DNA of 35,131 nucleotides from an uncultured Clostridium sp. (GTDB lineage Bacteria; Bacillota_I; Bacilli_A; RF39; UBA660), in contig CAZZAK010000001.1 of NCBI GenBank assembly GCA_964652515.1, positions 1-35,131 of the forward strand. The letters run 5' to 3'. Below the pieces are notes generated by a model. It worked only from the letters and a program-made list of their open reading frames with translations. It was not told the origin of the DNA and did not search any database. This document shows positions 32,329-35,131 of this stretch, piece after piece; position 1 is the stretch's first letter, and each line of letters opens with the position of its first letter. Position numbers and translations under genes: made by a program.

Positions 32329-33435
32329 TTAGTCTAATTTATTCATCGTTTGAACTATCTCATCCATCTTATTTTTAAATAGGTGAGAGTAGGTATTTAA
32401 TGTTTCATCAATTTTAGCATGACCTAGATATTTAGCAACAATCATGATACTTGCACCATTATTAATTAATACTGAAGCACAAGAGTGTCTAAAATCATGA
32501 ATTCTAATTCTTTTAACACCAGACAAATCACAAAACTTATTTTTAGTGTGTCTAAGTATACCATCACCAAGTGGTTCCTTATCACCAAAGACAAACCATT
32601 TTTGATTGAATCCGTATTGTTTCTTTTCTCTTAAATATAATTCATGAAGATCATTCATAACTCTTTCTGGAACAGGCAATGTTCTTGTACTTGTTCTAGT
32701 TTTAGGTGTCGTAATGATATATTCGCCAGTTGAGCCTTCCTGAACCACATTTTTAACTACGGATAACTCTTTATTAAAGAAATCAATATTATCCCAAGAA
32801 AGGCCTCTTAATTCACCCCTACGGAGGCCACAAAAGAATAATACTTCAAATAGTGTCTTCCATTTAATATCATCTATTACTGATATAAATTGTTTAAAAT
32901 CTTCCCAAGTATAGAATTGCATTTCTTTTGGTGGCTTATTTGGATCATTAAACTTTTCCATTTTGTTATAAATAGAAGTAAAGTTAAAATCATGCCATTT
33001 AGTTCCATAATTAAGAATAGTCTTTAATAACTTATAATATCCATTCTTAGTCTTATCAGCTAAATCTAGAGCACCAACTCTTTTTCTCCAAGCAATATAG
33101 TGTTCTAATCGAATATCCTTAATCTTTAACTCGTAGAATTCACTCAATTCTTTAATATTTACTCTATAAGATCTTAAAGTAGTTCTCTTAACTTTATCCT
33201 TCTTATATTCATAAAATTCTTCAAAGAGTTGTTTAAATGTCATTCCGGTAACATTTATTTCTTTAGTTTCATATCCAACTAAGAAATCTCTTTCAGCTTT
33301 TAAAGCCTCATTTCTAGTCATATAACTTCTTGACATATAAGGTTTAGTTCTTCCATCAACCTTTATCTTATCGTAAAAATACCATCTTCTACCATCTTTG
33401 GTAGCTTTTTCTTTTGGTAACTGTCGTACAGCCAT
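32329..33435 (-). CDS. int: Tyrosine-type site-specific recombinase / phage integrase
   Basis: Catalytic contexts: FFCGLRRGELRGLSW (Arg I), IHDFRHSCAS (His-x-x-Arg), KYLGHAKIDETLNTYSHL (His...Tyr). N-terminal SAM-like arm / core-binding region. RBS AAGGAGGT. Confidence 0.9.
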   Translation of the reverse strand: MAVRQLPKEKATKDGRRWYFYDKIKVDGRTKPYMSRSYMTRNEALKAERDFLVGYETKEINVTGMTFKQLFEEFYEYKKDKVKRTTLRSYRVNIKELSEFYELKIKDIRLEHYIAWRKRVGALDLADKTKNGYYKLLKTILNYGTKWHDFNFTSIYNKMEKFNDPNKPPKEMQFYTWEDFKQFISVIDDIKWKTLFEVLFFCGLRRGELRGLSWDNIDFFNKELSVVKNVVQEGSTGEYIITTPKTRTSTRTLPVPERVMNDLHELYLREKKQYGFNQKWFVFGDKEPLGDGILRHTKNKFCDLSGVKRIRIHDFRHSCASVLINNGASIMIVAKYLGHAKIDETLNTYSHLFKNKMDEIVQTMNKLD

Positions 33436-33514
33436 TTTATATACCTCCTTATCGTGCTATACTTCGAATTACCTCTTATACAACTCTAATATAGCACATT
33501 TTTATTTTTTTACA

Positions 33515-33546
33515 TAATAAAACCAGATATGTTTTTCATATCTGGT
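33515..33546 (-). terminator. Rho-independent terminator (minus strand) after the NERD paralog
   Basis: ACCAGATATG (33522-33531), loop TTTTT, CATATCTGGT (33537-33546). On the minus strand it is followed by TTTTATTATG. Confidence 0.6.
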
Positions 33547-33555
33547 CAGTTTTAA

Positions 33556-34305
33556 TTATTTTTTGGTATATTTACATCTAGGATAATTTGAACATCCTAT
33601 GAATGAACCATATTTTCCATTTCTTTCAACTAATTGGCTTCCACACCAAGGACATTTGCTGGGATCTTTATCTATAATATTTTCTCTAATGTTTTTTATA
33701 TGCTCTAATTTTATATTTTTATCTGTTATATTATTTTTATTAATAATTTCAATTATTTCATTTGGATTATCAATAATAATTTCTTTATATGATAATATTT
33801 TATTAACAATTGTATCATATCTAACAAGTTCACCATCATCTTTAATTTTTAATTTAGCTCTACTAGGAATACAAACAACATTAAATATTTTATTTTCATC
33901 AATGTCAAGTAGTTCTGATAATGCTTTAACATGACCATAATTTTGTCTAATTGGATTAGTGTAATATAATTTCTTTTTTCCTAAATGTCTTACCCAATTT
34001 TTATCATATTTATTACCTGTTATATAACCATTATATTGTTTAGTTTCAATAGAGAATATACCATATGGCGACACAATAACATGATCGATTTGATGTGTAG
34101 AATTATTAACTTTAATAAATACATCATTTATAATTGAATATTTATCTTTGGGAAGAGTATTTAGTGCTTCCTTAGTCCAATGTTCACCAAACCATCCAAT
34201 TATCTTAGCCCCAAATAGGTAATATATAATAATTATTACTAAACTAATAATAATCATTGTCAAATATAGTGGGCTTGTTAAAATTGCCTTATAAAAAGAT
34301 CCCAT
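33556..34305 (-). CDS. NERD-domain protein with a C-terminal topoisomerase-type C4 zinc finger (element-borne paralog)
   Basis: N-terminal TM helix. GEHWTKEAL...THQIDHVIVSPYGIFSIETKQYNG. CPWCGSQLVERNGKYGSFIGCSNYPRCKY. About half of the residues are identical by eye to 30935-31705. Confidence 0.7.
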   Translation of the reverse strand: MGSFYKAILTSPLYLTMIIISLVIIIIYYLFGAKIIGWFGEHWTKEALNTLPKDKYSIINDVFIKVNNSTHQIDHVIVSPYGIFSIETKQYNGYITGNKYDKNWVRHLGKKKLYYTNPIRQNYGHVKALSELLDIDENKIFNVVCIPSRAKLKIKDDGELVRYDTIVNKILSYKEIIIDNPNEIIEIINKNNITDKNIKLEHIKNIRENIIDKDPSKCPWCGSQLVERNGKYGSFIGCSNYPRCKYTKK

Positions 34306-34331
34306 TTAAATCACCTAAATATATTATAACA

Positions 34332-34568
34332 TTAATTATTTAATTTGATTATTCTTTCGAGTCTATCAATATCTATTTTTAAAACATCAACAACAGCCTG
34401 CATAGGTAAGTCATTACCAGGAATAAAATATCCTTCATTAATTAACTTATCTTTTATTTGCTTTTTAATATCCAATGCTTTATTTCTACCACAACCTAGT
34501 AATTTCATTAAATCAGTTAAATTACACCATTGTTTAGTTATTATTTTCATTGTTTCTTCAGCTCTCAT
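34332..34568 (-). CDS. Small DNA-binding protein, DUF3173-like (putative excisionase / recombination directionality factor)
   Basis: WCNLTDLMKLLGCGRNKALDIKKQIKDKLINEGYFIPGNDLPMQAVVDVLKID resembles DUF3173 proteins that accompany integrases in Firmicutes integrative elements. The ATG at 34568 lies 7 nt after GGGAGGT. Confidence 0.45.
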   Translation of the reverse strand: MRAEETMKIITKQWCNLTDLMKLLGCGRNKALDIKKQIKDKLINEGYFIPGNDLPMQAVVDVLKIDIDRLERIIKLNN

Positions 34569-34995
34569 TACTTAAACCTCCCGTTATTTCATTAATTATT
34601 TTTTGTATTTCTACTTGTTCTTCTGGCGAAGCTTCATCATTTGAAATCTTCTGTCCATTCCAATATCCATCACCATAGAGTGGTGGTTCTTTATTTACTT
34701 CAATTTCATTAATTTTTAAAATATGAATATAGTTTTGTCTATGACCATTTTTATCAACATAGCCCTTTGGTATACCTTCAACATAAACATCCTGTCCAAC
34801 TCGTAACTCTATTTTATGAGAATATTCAATATACATTCTGGCACTAAAAAAGGATAAGTTATTCTTATCCTCACCATTCTTATCTTTGTATAATTCTTTT
34901 TGGCATATATCAAACCAAATATAATCTTTATCAACTTTATCCCTTATACTAGTAATGTATCCATGATATTTTATATAGTCTACTAAATCTTTCAT
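34558..34995 (-). CDS. Hypothetical protein, possibly OB-fold / ssDNA-binding-like
   Basis: RBS AAGGAGGT upstream of the ATG at 34995. LSFFSARMYIEYSHKIELRVGQDVYVEGIPKGYVDKNGHRQNYIHIL loosely resembles the OB-fold strands of SSB-type proteins. The similarity is weak. Confidence 0.35.
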   Translation of the reverse strand: MKDLVDYIKYHGYITSIRDKVDKDYIWFDICQKELYKDKNGEDKNNLSFFSARMYIEYSHKIELRVGQDVYVEGIPKGYVDKNGHRQNYIHILKINEIEVNKEPPLYGDGYWNGQKISNDEASPEEQVEIQKIINEITGGLSNES

Positions 34996-35131
34996 ACCGA
35001 AACCTCCTTTACCTTTTACTAAGGCCTTTGTATACTATTATATTTATATATTATCTTTATTTATTCTGTTAGTATTTTATATCTATATTGTAAGAAATAA
35101 TATTCTATTATGTTAGAAATTTATTTCTAAT

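Larger units (their letters stand above)
32240..35131 (-). mobile_element. Integrase-proximal end of an integrative element (ICE/IME/prophage-like); the other end lies beyond the window
   Basis: Four co-oriented minus-strand genes end in a tyrosine integrase. A repeat-rich junction lies immediately beyond the integrase stop. The content (DUF3173-like + int) is typical of Firmicutes integrative elements. Confidence 0.55.

Noticed and set aside
32160-32330. tRNA or tmRNA 3' end as the integration target.
   Set aside because: No cloverleaf-compatible stems, T-loop (GTTCxAxTC in the correct context) or CCA-proximal acceptor could be built. The GACGGAAC / GTTCCGTC hairpin followed by a T-run is a plain terminator.
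1-35131. CRISPR arrays, rRNA or tRNA genes, or IS elements with terminal inverted repeats.
   Set aside because: I saw no regularly spaced 25-40-nt direct repeats with unique spacers outside the coding repeats of the giant gene, and no transposase-like ORF. Every intergenic region is shorter than about 210 nt and is accounted for by promoters and terminators.
35114-35131. Inverted repeat TTAGAAAT-TT-ATTTCTAA at the extreme right edge.
   Set aside because: It is short, AT-only and cut by the window boundary. It cannot be distinguished from chance in DNA this AT-rich.

Overview
Very AT-rich window (roughly 25-30% GC by eye), standard genetic code, Shine-Dalgarno sites of the GGAGG/GGTGA type. 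It looks like the chromosome of a spore-forming Bacillota (Firmicutes) lineage. I found no rRNA, tRNA or CRISPR array.

Layout:
(1) 1-8.0 kb is mostly housekeeping: a partial LtaS-like sulfatase, rpmB, an uninterrupted pro-sigma-K gene, a pentapeptide-like hypothetical, then trpS-yqeG-yqeH. An Abi_2 (AbiD/AbiF-type) abortive-infection gene sits just upstream of an HtrA-type protease.
(2) 8.0-29.5 kb is a large accessory cell-envelope locus and the most interesting part. A tightly coupled 10-gene plus-strand operon (8006-16247) encodes three SipW-type (archaeal/ER-type) signal peptidases, one of them catalytically dead, and several small exported proteins with SipW-cognate, TasA/camelysin-like signal peptides. 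Embedded in the middle of the operon is a three-gene cassette: an unknown cytoplasmic protein, a membrane-anchored McrB-like AAA+ GTPase, and a McrC/DUF2357-like protein without a recognisable nuclease. Downstream lie a convergent paralog, a two-gene unit with a Thr/Gly/Ala-rich candidate major subunit, and a 2937-aa beta-solenoid giant surface protein with at least 24 YGGGN-type repeats. The giant gene is followed by a translationally coupled 40-aa ORF and a 506-aa coiled-coil protein.
(3) 29.5-35.1 kb carries a COG2509-type FAD protein, a NERD + topoisomerase-type zinc-finger protein and a small Mrr-cat-like protein. After these comes the integrase-proximal end of an integrative element (tyrosine integrase, a second NERD-zinc-finger paralog, a DUF3173-like small DNA-binding protein, an OB-fold-like protein) that runs off the right edge.

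All functional calls rest on motif recognition by eye. None has been confirmed by a database search.
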